The notes beneath the pieces are model-generated. The model ran no database searches. It was given only the letters and a program-made list of their open reading frames with translations, and was not told the DNA's origin. This document shows, piece after piece, positions 28,413 through 38,478 of a DNA stretch of 54,876 nucleotides (its first letter is position 1; each line of letters starts with the position of its first letter). The stretch comes from a virus (lineage: Duplodnaviria; Caudoviricetes): the IMG/VR virus record IMGVR_UViG_3300020122_000144, positions 1-54,876 of that record; one strand, 5' to 3'. Made by a program: the position numbers and the translations under genes.

Positions 28413-30224
28413 TTAGGGCGCCATTCCCGGCGGGGGGCCCTTGTTGGGCTCGGGGGCGGTCGCTCCCTGCTCGCGAGCCAGCGCGTTGTAGACGCTGCGT
28501 ACGCCTGCGATCTTCTGCTGCTTCTGCTGCGGGGTGTCGCTCAGGTGGAGTTCAAAGCGCTTCTCGATCTTCTCGATCATGACCTTGTTCGGCTTGCCGT
28601 CCGCGTCCTTCGCAACCTTGCCGACCGCTTGCAGCATCTGCGTGTTGATCGCCTCCAGCTGCTGCTGAGCATCATTTGATGCCGGCGCGACGCGCTGAGG
28701 AAGGTTCGCGAACGCGGCGTCGCTTAGGCCAGACCCGAGGATGACGGGGTGTTTCTGTAGGTTGTCCATCTGCGTGTTGAACTCGTCCGACGCGGTCTGC
28801 GTCTGCTGACGTTCTTGCGCGATCTTGCCGCGCTGCTCCGGAGTCATGTTGCCCCCGGCGCCCTTCACGCCGCCCGCGAACGCGCCCGCGCCGGGCTGCG
28901 GATCGTTACCCGTGTGGAGCTTGTACGACCAGCGGATCGCCTCGTCGGGCGAAACCGTGATCCCCAGCTTGTCCTGCTCCGCGATACGCTGCCGCGCCGC
29001 GGCGTAGACCGCCTTCATGTCGACGCCCCCGCCCCCGTGAGCCTGAGCCATCGGGTTCAGCTTGATCCCGGTCTCGGCCTTCTTCTGGTCGAGCAACGCG
29101 ATCCGCTCGTCGAGCTGCGACTGGATCTCTTTGCCCTTGGCGATCTGCGCCTTGCTCGTCGCGGCCTGCGTCAGCGCCTGCGCGTTCTGCTTGGCCGATT
29201 CGAGCGCGTAGCCGGTCGCCACACGCTCGGCCTCTTCCTGCGACGCCGTCGCGTGCAGCGCCTGGCCATACATCGACTGCATGTCCTGGAGACGCTCGCG
29301 GCCAATCTCGTGGTTCGCCTTCTGCGCAGCGACGTCAGCGACGGCGCGCGCTTCGATGCGGTCCACGACCTGATTCGTCGGCAGGTGCAGCGCGGCCTGC
29401 TGCACGGCGCCCAGCGCTTCAGCGATGGTCCAGGTGATTTGCTGCCCGGTGGACGCGTTGTGCCACATCCGATTCGGGTCGATCTTGTCGTTGGAGAGCT
29501 GCGCCTGGAACGCCTCCATGTGCTTCCGGTACGCCTTCGACTCGTCAGCCGCAGCCTGCGCGCGGAGCTTCGTGTCGACGCCTGCGTCTTCGGTCGCCTT
29601 CGCGATGTCCTGGAGACCCTGGCCGCGCTGGCGCTCGATCTCCGCGTTCGCCTCGGCGGAGTTGCCCACGGCGGTCTTCTGGCCCTCGATGGCGTCGGCC
29701 TCGTGGTCGATCGCGCCGGTGAGCTCGTCTTCGCGCTTCTGCGTCGTAAGCTTCTGCTCGTGCGCCGCGACGGTTCCGCCGCCACCTGCGCCGCCCCAGT
29801 TGATGCCGGGCGCGGGGGATGCCTCAGGACTGCTGCCCGCACGGCCCTTGAGGGAGGCGGTGTCGCCGAACACGGGCGGCGCCGAGGCTGCGGGGTTCGG
29901 ATTGACGTCTGGCGCCGGACCGTACGACTTAATCCGCGCCTGCTTCTGCTCCCACGTCTCGTTCGGCGACGACGGGCCCGCAGCCGACAGAGCCACTTCC
30001 TTGGGCGTGGCGCCGTACTTCGCAGCTTCCGCAGGAGTCACTGGGCCGGCGTTGACGTCGTCGGTGGGCGGAGTTGGTGCAGGGACGGCAACGGGCGGGG
30101 CCACGGGAGCGCCCACCGGCGGAGGCGCGGGGGCCTCCATCGCCGCGCGTGCGGCGGCCAGCGAGCCGTACTGCTGGACGATCTGCGCCTGTTGCCCGGC
30201 GTCGAGCGCGTCGAAGATGCCCAT
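28413..30224 (-). CDS. Internal virion (DNA ejection) protein
   Basis: 603 aa, A/Q-rich coiled coil. Confidence 0.7.
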   Translation of the reverse strand: MGIFDALDAGQQAQIVQQYGSLAAARAAMEAPAPPPVGAPVAPPVAVPAPTPPTDDVNAGPVTPAEAAKYGATPKEVALSAAGPSSPNETWEQKQARIKSYGPAPDVNPNPAASAPPVFGDTASLKGRAGSSPEASPAPGINWGGAGGGGTVAAHEQKLTTQKREDELTGAIDHEADAIEGQKTAVGNSAEANAEIERQRGQGLQDIAKATEDAGVDTKLRAQAAADESKAYRKHMEAFQAQLSNDKIDPNRMWHNASTGQQITWTIAEALGAVQQAALHLPTNQVVDRIEARAVADVAAQKANHEIGRERLQDMQSMYGQALHATASQEEAERVATGYALESAKQNAQALTQAATSKAQIAKGKEIQSQLDERIALLDQKKAETGIKLNPMAQAHGGGGVDMKAVYAAARQRIAEQDKLGITVSPDEAIRWSYKLHTGNDPQPGAGAFAGGVKGAGGNMTPEQRGKIAQERQQTQTASDEFNTQMDNLQKHPVILGSGLSDAAFANLPQRVAPASNDAQQQLEAINTQMLQAVGKVAKDADGKPNKVMIEKIEKRFELHLSDTPQQKQQKIAGVRSVYNALAREQGATAPEPNKGPPPGMAP

Positions 30225-32374
30225 CAGCGACCTCCCCGGTAGAGCGACGCGAGAGAGGGGTCTGCGGGCGGCGGGGTTGGCGGAGTGCCGAACTGGTCGC
30301 GCACCTGGCTGTCGAAGCTGCCCTGCGGAGCGGCCACGTGCGCGACAGGCGCGCCGCGCTGCTGCGCTGGTGCCGCTGCAGGATGACGGCCACGAAGCGC
30401 CTCCACCGGATTGAACCGCGAGAGGCTGTCGTCGAACGGCTCACGGTGCTCCATCTTGGCCATCGAGGCCTGCGCCGCGTCGAAACTTTGCCCCTGCTGC
30501 TGGCGAAGGAGCGTCGCCATGCCGGCGCGGTGCCCCTCGTCCCACGCATCAGCCTTGATGCCGCGTACGGCCTGCGCTTCGGGGCGCGGGGATGCGCGCA
30601 GTTCTGGCGCCGACATCGCGGCGACCTTGCCGACGTTCTCAATCGTCGCGTCGTGCCCCTGGTCCCATGCGCCCTCGGCCGTCACGTCTTTCTTCGCCGC
30701 CATGTCGCTGGTGATGTGCTCGCCGCTTCCCTCCACAACCTTCAACCGCTCATGCAGCCGCGCCATCCCGGCGAGCGCCGCGGAGAGCGTCGGCCCGGAC
30801 TCGATCTGTTTGCCGCGCGGACCCTCTGAAACCATCTGGTGGCCGACCTCGGGAACCGCCTCGAGATCCTGCGCCGAGATGCCGAGGTAGCGGCCGCCGG
30901 TGGGCTCAGAGCGCGGCTCGGCGGCGGGGTCTCGATAGTGGTAGCTGAGAGGGTGGATGCCATCGAGGAAGGCGTCTGCGCGGTTGCCACCCATCGCGCC
31001 GCGCGTCTGCTCGGCGGTCAGGACGTGGCCATCACGCGGCGGCACGATCAGTTCCGGGCCGCGCTCGCCGACGAGATAGGAATGTCCAGCCTGGATGGGG
31101 CCGCCATCGGCTTTCGGTACGGCGTTGGGGTCGAAGCCTCCGCCGGTGCCGGCCTGAGGCGCGTCATTGTTGCTCGTGTCGACGCCGCCGGGCGTGCTGC
31201 CGGGAGCGCCGTAGCCGCTGTCTTGGGACGCGCCCGCGGTGGTTCCGGTTGGGGTGCTGGGAGCCGCGCCGGCTCCGCCGCCGAGGACGCTGCCGAGTAC
31301 GATGCCGCCAGCACCGGCGACCGCGCCGGCCGCCGTGGTGGCGTACTTGTCGAAGCGGCTCGAATCGTACTGGTTCTGATTCTGCGCAAGTGCCGCGGCG
31401 GCGGTCGTCTGCCCCGCCGCGATCCCCACCTGATTACCCTGCGCCTGTAGCTGCGCCTTCTGCACGTCGGTTTCCGCGCCGGTCATGCCGAGCTGATAGC
31501 GATCGTTCTCGGCGCGCTGCTGCGCGTTGAGGTTCGCCTGCGCAACCGAGATGCCTGCGTCCGCGCCCATGAGCGACTGGTCGCCGCCGCGGATCGAGTT
31601 GAACGCCTGGCCCGCCGCCATCGTGTTGTTGAGCTGCTCCTGCGCGCCGTTGATCTGCGCCGTGTTGGAGATGTTGCCGATCGCCGCAGCGGAGTTGTTT
31701 GCCTGGTTCTGCGATGCGAGCGCGAGGCCGCCCGGGCCGCGAGCCGATGACGCGATCGACGACTGATCTGCCAATGCGCGGCCGATGTCCTGCGTCGCGC
31801 GCATACCGGAAATCGACGGCATGCTCCCGTTCGCGCGCGCCTGGAGAAGCTGCGCCATCGACATCGAGTCGCCGCGCGCTTGTGCGTTGGCATTACGGTC
31901 TTCGTTGACCGAGCCGAGAGCGAGCGTCTCACCCTGCCGCCCCTGAGCGTCGGCTCCAAGCTTCGCGTAGCGCGATGCGGCCTCCGACGCGCCGCCGGCC
32001 CAGCCGCCGTACTCGAAATGCGACTGTGCCTGGTCGTAGGCGGCCTTCCTCGCTGCGGCGTCGGCGGCGGCCGCCTTCTCGTTGCGCGCGACCTCGGCTT
32101 CCTTCGCGACCTCAGCGGGAGACAGTGGCCCTGGATTCAGCGTCTCGACGATGCCAGTACCGTTCGCGCCCTCCTGATCGCGGATCGCCTGCTGCTGCTG
32201 CGCATACTGGTCCGGCGGAAGCGTGACTCCACCAGCGTCGCCGTTGGTGGACGGATCGCCGTGTGCCGCGGCGGCGTTCTGCGCCTCCTGCTGCGCGGCC
32301 ATGTTCTTTTGTTCCTGCGTCGAGTGGTCGTCGACAGGAATCTTATTTCCGTCCTGATCATAGTAGTAGGCCAT
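30224..32374 (-). CDS. Internal virion protein with tape-measure-like GG motif and peptidase S74-like region
   Basis: A/Q/G-rich; ADGGP...YLVGERGPEL; P.SY.Y...GISAQDLE.VPE. Confidence 0.75.
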   Translation of the reverse strand: MAYYYDQDGNKIPVDDHSTQEQKNMAAQQEAQNAAAAHGDPSTNGDAGGVTLPPDQYAQQQQAIRDQEGANGTGIVETLNPGPLSPAEVAKEAEVARNEKAAAADAAARKAAYDQAQSHFEYGGWAGGASEAASRYAKLGADAQGRQGETLALGSVNEDRNANAQARGDSMSMAQLLQARANGSMPSISGMRATQDIGRALADQSSIASSARGPGGLALASQNQANNSAAAIGNISNTAQINGAQEQLNNTMAAGQAFNSIRGGDQSLMGADAGISVAQANLNAQQRAENDRYQLGMTGAETDVQKAQLQAQGNQVGIAAGQTTAAAALAQNQNQYDSSRFDKYATTAAGAVAGAGGIVLGSVLGGGAGAAPSTPTGTTAGASQDSGYGAPGSTPGGVDTSNNDAPQAGTGGGFDPNAVPKADGGPIQAGHSYLVGERGPELIVPPRDGHVLTAEQTRGAMGGNRADAFLDGIHPLSYHYRDPAAEPRSEPTGGRYLGISAQDLEAVPEVGHQMVSEGPRGKQIESGPTLSAALAGMARLHERLKVVEGSGEHITSDMAAKKDVTAEGAWDQGHDATIENVGKVAAMSAPELRASPRPEAQAVRGIKADAWDEGHRAGMATLLRQQQGQSFDAAQASMAKMEHREPFDDSLSRFNPVEALRGRHPAAAPAQQRGAPVAHVAAPQGSFDSQVRDQFGTPPTPPPADPSLASLYRGGR

Positions 32375-32378
32375 CTGC

Positions 32379-35300
32379 TTAGCGCCTCAGTGCGGGGTCG
32401 AGTCGAACGGTGCCCTTGATCGGTCCCTGCTTCTCGGCGAGGTCGAGCTGAATACCGAATAGCCCAATGCCCTGCCCACCATCAGACAGATCCGCGGGCG
32501 TCGTGGCGGTGATTCGGAACTTCATGCTCTCGCCACGCGGCTTGATGGCAATTTCGAGCTGTCGTTGCCCGGATGTCTGAGCGAACGTCCACACCGCATT
32601 ATCCAATGCCACATAATCGCCGTAATCGTAAGCGACTTCGACCTTTAGACCCGCGGCGGTGTAGCGCTGGAACAGCAAAGAGACACGGTAGACGCGTTGC
32701 TCATTCTGGAATCCGTTGAACCACCCCGTTTCGATGAGCGGCGTCACGAAGGTATGGTCTGCGTCAAGGTGGGATGTGCGGGTTTCGACGTGGACCACGC
32801 CCGTTGCGTCCATCCACGCGTAGCGGTGCCCGTTTGCCGTGTAGACCATGCGCGCCGACTGCGAAGGGGCGTCGGCCACGCCCGCGAGGCTGCGGCGGCG
32901 GTCGACGCAGATCCAATTCGCTGACGACATGTCGAAAACCAGCGTGCGGCCCGTGCCTGCGGCGAGCCCCAACACAAGGTCTGACGACAGGTCGACGAGA
33001 ACCGTCCCGGAGCTCGACGGGTCCAGGGTCATCGCCGAGACATACGGAAATGCCGAGAGCTGATCTTGGACCGGCTGCCCGATGCGCTGCGTCGTCTGCG
33101 CGCGCGTGAAAAGCTCGATGCCGCGGTCTGAGAGGTAGAACGCGCCGAGCGACGTGACACACGTGATGGACGAGACGGCACCGACATCGACCGCGAGTTT
33201 TCGGGGCAAGCCGAGGCCGCCCGACGCGCCGTTGTCTGAAGGGGCCTCGCCGGCGATCGCGTAGATGTCGCGGCGCTTGGCCGCGAACAGTGTCCCGTCC
33301 ATGACCCACATCGCGTTGATGTCGCCATCGCCGGCTACCGGCTCCTGGAAGACGGGCGAGAACCACACGCCTTCGCCCGACACGTTCTGCCCCGAAGCCC
33401 AGACGTCGGACCCGGATGCGCCGACGAGCATGCCGTTGTAGGCGACGATGCACGACAGCCCCGGAGGCGCGCGGCGGTCTTGCGACGTGGCGTTGACGCC
33501 CGGCTGCTCGTACAGCTTCGCGTTCGCCGCTGCCGTTGCATCGGGCACCGCATCCGCGAAGGTCACCGTCGCCGACGTCGTATCGTTGACGCTAGTTCCG
33601 ATGCGGTAGTAGGGCGCCACGCCACCGTCGAGCGTGCGATACACCGCGACGCGCACCGAGGCCGCCTGATTGCTTGTCGTGTTGATGCGGCTCGAGATTG
33701 TGAGCGGCGCCGTCGAGACGGTGACCGTCTTATTCGTAACGGCTGTGGTGCTCGCGCTTGGCGTGCTGATGCCGGACACGTGCCAGTTGCCGTCCGAGTC
33801 GACCTCTTCGTAGATGCAGACGTACCGCCATCCCGTGACACAGGTGATGCCCGTGCCGCCGGTGCTTGTCGTGGGCAGTGTCGGCCGCATGAGAAAGCAG
33901 GCCTCCGCGACGCGCGTGCCGTCCCAGCAAGACAAGACTCCGCCCGACAGGTAAACGGAGCCGCCGAACGTCGCGGAGTGCCAGCGCGTTGCAGAAGCGA
34001 AGTCGAACTCCGCCAGCGCTGACGCATTCGCGGCGCCTGACCGCGTGATCTCGAGTCCAAAGTACAGTTTAGACGCGACGGCGGTGATTTTGCCCTTGCT
34101 GTAGGCCGACGTCACGGCAAGTCCTGGCGCCACGTTGGCGATCGGGCGCAGCGACGTCACGTCGTCGGTAAGGTCGACGAGGATGCAGACCTTCTGGTCG
34201 TTTCCGCCCGCGCCGCCGTAGGTGGGCACGTAGTAGCGCCCCGCGTACTGCAAGGGTCGTCCGCACGGCACCGCGTTCTGTATCGAAACGCCCGCACCGT
34301 CCCCCGCGGCCGCGCCCGCGGTGGTCTTGAAGCTGCGTGCGATGACGATGTTGCCGCTCGTCGTGTCGTTGATGACGAGACGCCCCTTGCCCGCCGCGCT
34401 GCTCGGTGCGATGCCGAGCGTGACGGGAGTGGTTCCGCACGTCGCCATGAGAACCTTCGTCGCGGTTGTCGCCAGGGTGGTGCCGTTGACGCCGATCAGA
34501 TTGACCGCCGTGGTTTCGTTCCATGCGACCCACAGCGTGTCAGCGATGCTGCCGGCGACGTCGACGGTGCCAGGCAGAACGCTGCTCGTGTTGATCGTGG
34601 TCGTGGCTGCGATGCCCGCGCTCGTGAACGTGAGCAGTGTGGCTTTACTCGTCCCGGCCGAAGTGTTGCGGTACACCAAAGCCACACGGTTGCTGAGGCT
34701 CGTAACGGCGACCGCGTTGCCGGCCTGGAAGTCGGAGGCGAGCGTGCCGATCGATACCCAACCCGCGTTGATGGTCGCGGCGCTCGCGGTGTCGAGATAC
34801 CAGGCCTTGATGGTGCTCCCGGTGAGGTCGGCGACCACGGCGGTGATGATGGTGCCGTAGGAGCCGAGCAACACGGGCCCGATCGTCACCGCCGTCGCGA
34901 GCTGCTCAGGCGCGCGGACAACGGCCCACGAGGTGGCGTTGACGAGCGCGTAAAACGCGTAAGTCGCATTCACCGAGCCGACGACGCGGTAGCCGACCGC
35001 GATGTAGCCGTTGCAGTATTCCTGATCTTCGATGGTCGACGCCGTGCCGAGGCTCGGCAGTTCGATCGTCGCAAGCGAGCACTCCGGCACGCGCCCGCGC
35101 ACAATCCAGCACGCGGACGCAGCGTCGTAGACCTCGATGAAGCCGTCGCAAATGCGCGCCGTCGTCATGTCGGACGTCAGGAGCTTGTATCCAGCGGTCG
35201 GCGTGGTTGCATCAAGGTGAGCGTTGCCGAGCGCCTGGAACCCGAAGCGCGTGCTTGCTTCGCCCTGGTGAAACGGGCGGATGTTCTCGCCGCGCAGGTT

Positions 35301-35387
35301 CTTGGTCCCGAAGTCAACGAGTTCGTCTCGCGACGCCTCGGTGATCGGAAGCAGGGCCGGCGAGCGGACGATATGCGGATTGCCCAT
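32379..35387 (-). CDS. Tail nozzle / tubular protein B-like (P22 gp10 / T7 gp12 position)
   Basis: About 1000 aa, beta-rich, C-terminal IETGW...; follows the adaptor. Confidence 0.7.
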   Translation of the reverse strand: MGNPHIVRSPALLPITEASRDELVDFGTKNLRGENIRPFHQGEASTRFGFQALGNAHLDATTPTAGYKLLTSDMTTARICDGFIEVYDAASACWIVRGRVPECSLATIELPSLGTASTIEDQEYCNGYIAVGYRVVGSVNATYAFYALVNATSWAVVRAPEQLATAVTIGPVLLGSYGTIITAVVADLTGSTIKAWYLDTASAATINAGWVSIGTLASDFQAGNAVAVTSLSNRVALVYRNTSAGTSKATLLTFTSAGIAATTTINTSSVLPGTVDVAGSIADTLWVAWNETTAVNLIGVNGTTLATTATKVLMATCGTTPVTLGIAPSSAAGKGRLVINDTTSGNIVIARSFKTTAGAAAGDGAGVSIQNAVPCGRPLQYAGRYYVPTYGGAGGNDQKVCILVDLTDDVTSLRPIANVAPGLAVTSAYSKGKITAVASKLYFGLEITRSGAANASALAEFDFASATRWHSATFGGSVYLSGGVLSCWDGTRVAEACFLMRPTLPTTSTGGTGITCVTGWRYVCIYEEVDSDGNWHVSGISTPSASTTAVTNKTVTVSTAPLTISSRINTTSNQAASVRVAVYRTLDGGVAPYYRIGTSVNDTTSATVTFADAVPDATAAANAKLYEQPGVNATSQDRRAPPGLSCIVAYNGMLVGASGSDVWASGQNVSGEGVWFSPVFQEPVAGDGDINAMWVMDGTLFAAKRRDIYAIAGEAPSDNGASGGLGLPRKLAVDVGAVSSITCVTSLGAFYLSDRGIELFTRAQTTQRIGQPVQDQLSAFPYVSAMTLDPSSSGTVLVDLSSDLVLGLAAGTGRTLVFDMSSANWICVDRRRSLAGVADAPSQSARMVYTANGHRYAWMDATGVVHVETRTSHLDADHTFVTPLIETGWFNGFQNEQRVYRVSLLFQRYTAAGLKVEVAYDYGDYVALDNAVWTFAQTSGQRQLEIAIKPRGESMKFRITATTPADLSDGGQGIGLFGIQLDLAEKQGPIKGTVRLDPALRR

Positions 35388-35776
35388 CAGCCAGCCGCCT
35401 CGAGACGCAGTGTGACGGTGCCCGCGACGTAGCTGCGAAGGACGAGCGTGTCCGTGGTCGTGAGCGTGACGTCTTCGCGCAGAATCGGCGCAACGTTCGT
35501 CGCGCACTGCCACCCGACGACCCACCACCGCGCGCGGCCGCCGAAATTGTGGTGGAACTGCACGATGTCGCCCGTGACAAGGACCGGAATGTCCTCGAAG
35601 TCGAGCCGCGCGGGGGCGAACCGCCGACGCAGTGCGGCCTCATCGGAGAGCATGCGGCCCAGCAGGCGCGCGAGCTTCGCGGGGTCCTGGACGTCGGCCT
35701 CGGTAACGACTTCGGCGGGCGCGGCGCGGCCGTCAAGCTGCGTGACTTTGCCGTCCGCGGCGATGCGCGCGGCCAT
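35387..35776 (-). CDS. Small tail protein
   Basis: Between adaptor and nozzle; HNFG...W.VV motif. Confidence 0.65.
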   Translation of the reverse strand: MAARIAADGKVTQLDGRAAPAEVVTEADVQDPAKLARLLGRMLSDEAALRRRFAPARLDFEDIPVLVTGDIVQFHHNFGGRARWWVVGWQCATNVAPILREDVTLTTTDTLVLRSYVAGTVTLRLEAAG

Positions 35777-35777
35777 G

Positions 35778-36473
35778 TCAGTACTCCCAGCCGTCGCCGG
35801 TGTTCTCGACGACGTGCACGCGCTCTGCGCCCTGCATGTCGCGGCGCGGGGCCAGCCCACGGATACGCGCGCGCTGCTGTTCGAGCCGGCGCTCGAGAAT
35901 GGGGATCGTTTCCGCTTCGCCGGCCTTGATCAGGCACTTGATCGCCGCGTCGAGCACGATGAACTCTTCCCAGCCATTTATCGAGTCGATGCTGTCGTCG
36001 GGGTCGGCGAGCACCGGCGCGGTGGGCACGTAGTTGACCGTCACGGCGTACGCGCCCTGCGGAATGGGGATGAACGAGATGTCCGTCCCTTGGATCTGGT
36101 AGAAGATGGGCGACGACAGACCCCATCCGCCCAGCAAAGGCATGCTACGGAACGCGTTGCGCTGCTCTTCCTGGTACGGGTGCGCGCAGATGACCGGCGA
36201 GCCACCCGCGATGGTGACATCGACGGAGATGAGCGACAGAAAGTCGCCCGAAAGCGGGTAGATCTGCGTGCCGTTCGTCGTCGTGATGCGATGGGACGCA
36301 CGCGAATAGGTGCCGTTCCACGTCGTGCCGCGGACCTCGTCGACCCACTCCGCAATCGAGCCGTTAATGAGGTCGGTCAGCTCGAACGGCTTGATGAACG
36401 GCGAACCGCCCTCCAGATTGGACCTCTGGAGGACGCGTTCGCTTAGGGTCGTGAGCGTGACGGGGTAGGCCAC
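35778..36473 (-). CDS. Head-tail adaptor protein
   Basis: Y.L..DF, I...PIP..AY.VTV.YVP and WEEFIV..AA motifs; position after the capsid genes. Confidence 0.75.
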   Translation of the reverse strand: MAYPVTLTTLSERVLQRSNLEGGSPFIKPFELTDLINGSIAEWVDEVRGTTWNGTYSRASHRITTTNGTQIYPLSGDFLSLISVDVTIAGGSPVICAHPYQEEQRNAFRSMPLLGGWGLSSPIFYQIQGTDISFIPIPQGAYAVTVNYVPTAPVLADPDDSIDSINGWEEFIVLDAAIKCLIKAGEAETIPILERRLEQQRARIRGLAPRRDMQGAERVHVVENTGDGWEY

Positions 36474-36479
36474 GAGGGA

Positions 36480-36755
36480 TTACTCCTCCGCGGCTTCGTC
36501 CATGGGAGACTCCGCCGCCTCTTCCTCGTCGGTCTCGCCGCTGTCCTCGAGCTCGTCGAGCTTGCCGGCGAGGGTGGAGAGCGAGCAGAACGCCCGCACG
36601 ATGCGTTTCGCATCCTTGGCCTGGAGTGCGTCGGCGAGTGCGTGAGCTGCGTCCTCGGCGGCGGCCCTGACCTCGCCCATGGACTGCTCTGCGCTGTCTT
36701 CTTCGCCGCCGGGCTTCTCGCCCATCATGACGGCTACGGTGGGTTCGGCCTTCAC
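36480..36755 (-). CDS. Acidic hypothetical protein
   Basis: 91-aa coupled ORF. Confidence 0.6.
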   Translation of the reverse strand: MKAEPTVAVMMGEKPGGEEDSAEQSMGEVRAAAEDAAHALADALQAKDAKRIVRAFCSLSTLAGKLDELEDSGETDEEEAAESPMDEAAEE

Positions 36756-37165
36756 GGGAGCGTCCCGCCGTTGCGAAGGACCAGGTGAACGTTCACCAGA
36801 TCACCCGCGACCATGTCCGCCGCGGAGTGCGTGCCGGCCACGTTGGTCCACGTGCAGATGGTCGCCGACCACGTCTTCTTGGTAGCGTCCTGCGTCCAGA
36901 GGCTCGCGTCGACCAAGCCGTTGCCCGTGGGCGTGGCGAGGCTTCGCGAGACCGTGCAGCAGACGACCGCGAGGAACGGATCGTTGGTGGCGATTCCGAT
37001 CACGCCCGTACCGGTGTCGGTGAGCGTGAGGTAGGAGCCGATCGCCTTGGTGGTCAGATCGCCTTCGACGAACTGAGGCGCCCCGCTCGCGAGCGTGATC
37101 GAGAAGTTGTATTCGACGTGCTTGACGCCCTGCGTCCGAGTCTCGTGATAGATGCGATCCGACAT
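36752..37165 (-). CDS. Putative capsid decoration protein
   Basis: Beta-rich 137 aa directly after the capsid gene. Confidence 0.55.
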   Translation of the reverse strand: MSDRIYHETRTQGVKHVEYNFSITLASGAPQFVEGDLTTKAIGSYLTLTDTGTGVIGIATNDPFLAVVCCTVSRSLATPTGNGLVDASLWTQDATKKTWSATICTWTNVAGTHSAADMVAGDLVNVHLVLRNGGTLP

Positions 37166-37251
37166 GTTGATCTCCGCGAATTCTTTGGGCGTGGTGATTG
37201 GCAATCAGCGGAGCCCCCGTGCAGGCGAGGACTCCGCCGATCGCGCGCGGG

Positions 37252-38475
37252 TCAGAACTCGACGACGCCGTTCTTGGCGGGGTTGGAGCAGTAGGTCGCG
37301 CAGCGGTAGAGTGTCCGAAATTCATACGAGTCCGCGCCCGCGGTGCGCAGCCACGACATCTTGTCGAGGAAGTCGACCTTGGGGATCTGACCCATCGACG
37401 GCATGAGCCACGTCGACATGTCGAGCATGTACGCCGTGCCCTGCGAAAGGAACGGGTCGGTCATGATCTTGATCGTGCCGAACGGCGCGACGTACTCGAT
37501 TGCCGAGAAACCGATCTGCGGGTTCTTGAACGCGGTCTCGGTCGTGATGCGGACGTTCGTCGTGAGGTCCTTCGAGATGTCGGCGAAGTCGAGATCGTTG
37601 ACGAAGAAGTGCGTCGGCTTGCTCTTCAGCCGGTGCAGCATCATGCCGAGCTGGATCATCGACTCCTTCTTCGGAGCGCCCTTACCCTGGTAGGGCACGC
37701 CCGCGAGGCGCACCGGATCGGCCGAGCGCGTGACGCCGTTGAACGACGTCCCGAGGACGGCGGAGCGGAGCGAGCCGGGGACGATCCACGCCGGGATGCC
37801 CTGGAACGCGAGGCCGAAGTCTCCGTCCATGAAGAGGTAATCGGTGTTGACGGGCGACGTGATGCCCGTGTCCCAGTTGCCCGACGCCGTGAGGACGCCG
37901 GTGAAGAGGTCGACCGCGGTGAGCGTGACCGAGCCGACCTTGACGGTGCCGGTCGTGCCGTCCGTGGCGCTCAACTTGATGACCTGGCCGACGCGGAAGT
38001 TGATCGCGTCCGACACGTTGGCCAACGTCTGCACGAGGCCGGTGACAGTCGTGGAGCCGTCGAGCTTGCCGATGGAGCCGCCGCCGTTGTGCCAGAGGGC
38101 TGCGCCGATCTGCTGGCCGATCGCGTCGTACGCGCCTTCGGTCTCGGAGATGACGGCCTTGACGAACGCGCCGCGATCGTTGCCGGTCTTGTCGAGGACT
38201 TCGCCGGAGACGAGCGCGCGGGCGTAGCCGCTGCGCCACGGGCAGGACCACTGCTTGTAGACCGACGCGCCGGACGACGTGAACGCCGTGGTGTCCGTCT
38301 GCGAGACAGCCGACGTGATGGAGGAGCGGATCGCGCCGAGGTACGCGGAGCCGGAGCCGCCGGTGTCCTTGGGCATCACGGCGAGCGCGGGCGACTGGAT
38401 CACCAGCGTCTCGACCTTCTTCGTCGTGTAGTACTGCTTTAGAATCGGCGTCGCCGCCGAGATATCGAATGCCAT
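37252..38475 (-). CDS. Major capsid protein
   Basis: 407 aa, LKQYY N-terminus, C-terminal CSNPAKNG, strong codon bias, position. Confidence 0.85.
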   Translation of the reverse strand: MAFDISAATPILKQYYTTKKVETLVIQSPALAVMPKDTGGSGSAYLGAIRSSITSAVSQTDTTAFTSSGASVYKQWSCPWRSGYARALVSGEVLDKTGNDRGAFVKAVISETEGAYDAIGQQIGAALWHNGGGSIGKLDGSTTVTGLVQTLANVSDAINFRVGQVIKLSATDGTTGTVKVGSVTLTAVDLFTGVLTASGNWDTGITSPVNTDYLFMDGDFGLAFQGIPAWIVPGSLRSAVLGTSFNGVTRSADPVRLAGVPYQGKGAPKKESMIQLGMMLHRLKSKPTHFFVNDLDFADISKDLTTNVRITTETAFKNPQIGFSAIEYVAPFGTIKIMTDPFLSQGTAYMLDMSTWLMPSMGQIPKVDFLDKMSWLRTAGADSYEFRTLYRCATYCSNPAKNGVVEF

Positions 38476-38478
38476 GCG

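Noticed and set aside
26913-30242. Long plus-strand ORFs (588 and 475 aa) and similar shadow ORFs elsewhere
   Set aside because: They are antisense to well-supported genes, as expected in high-GC DNA, and contain no recognisable motifs.
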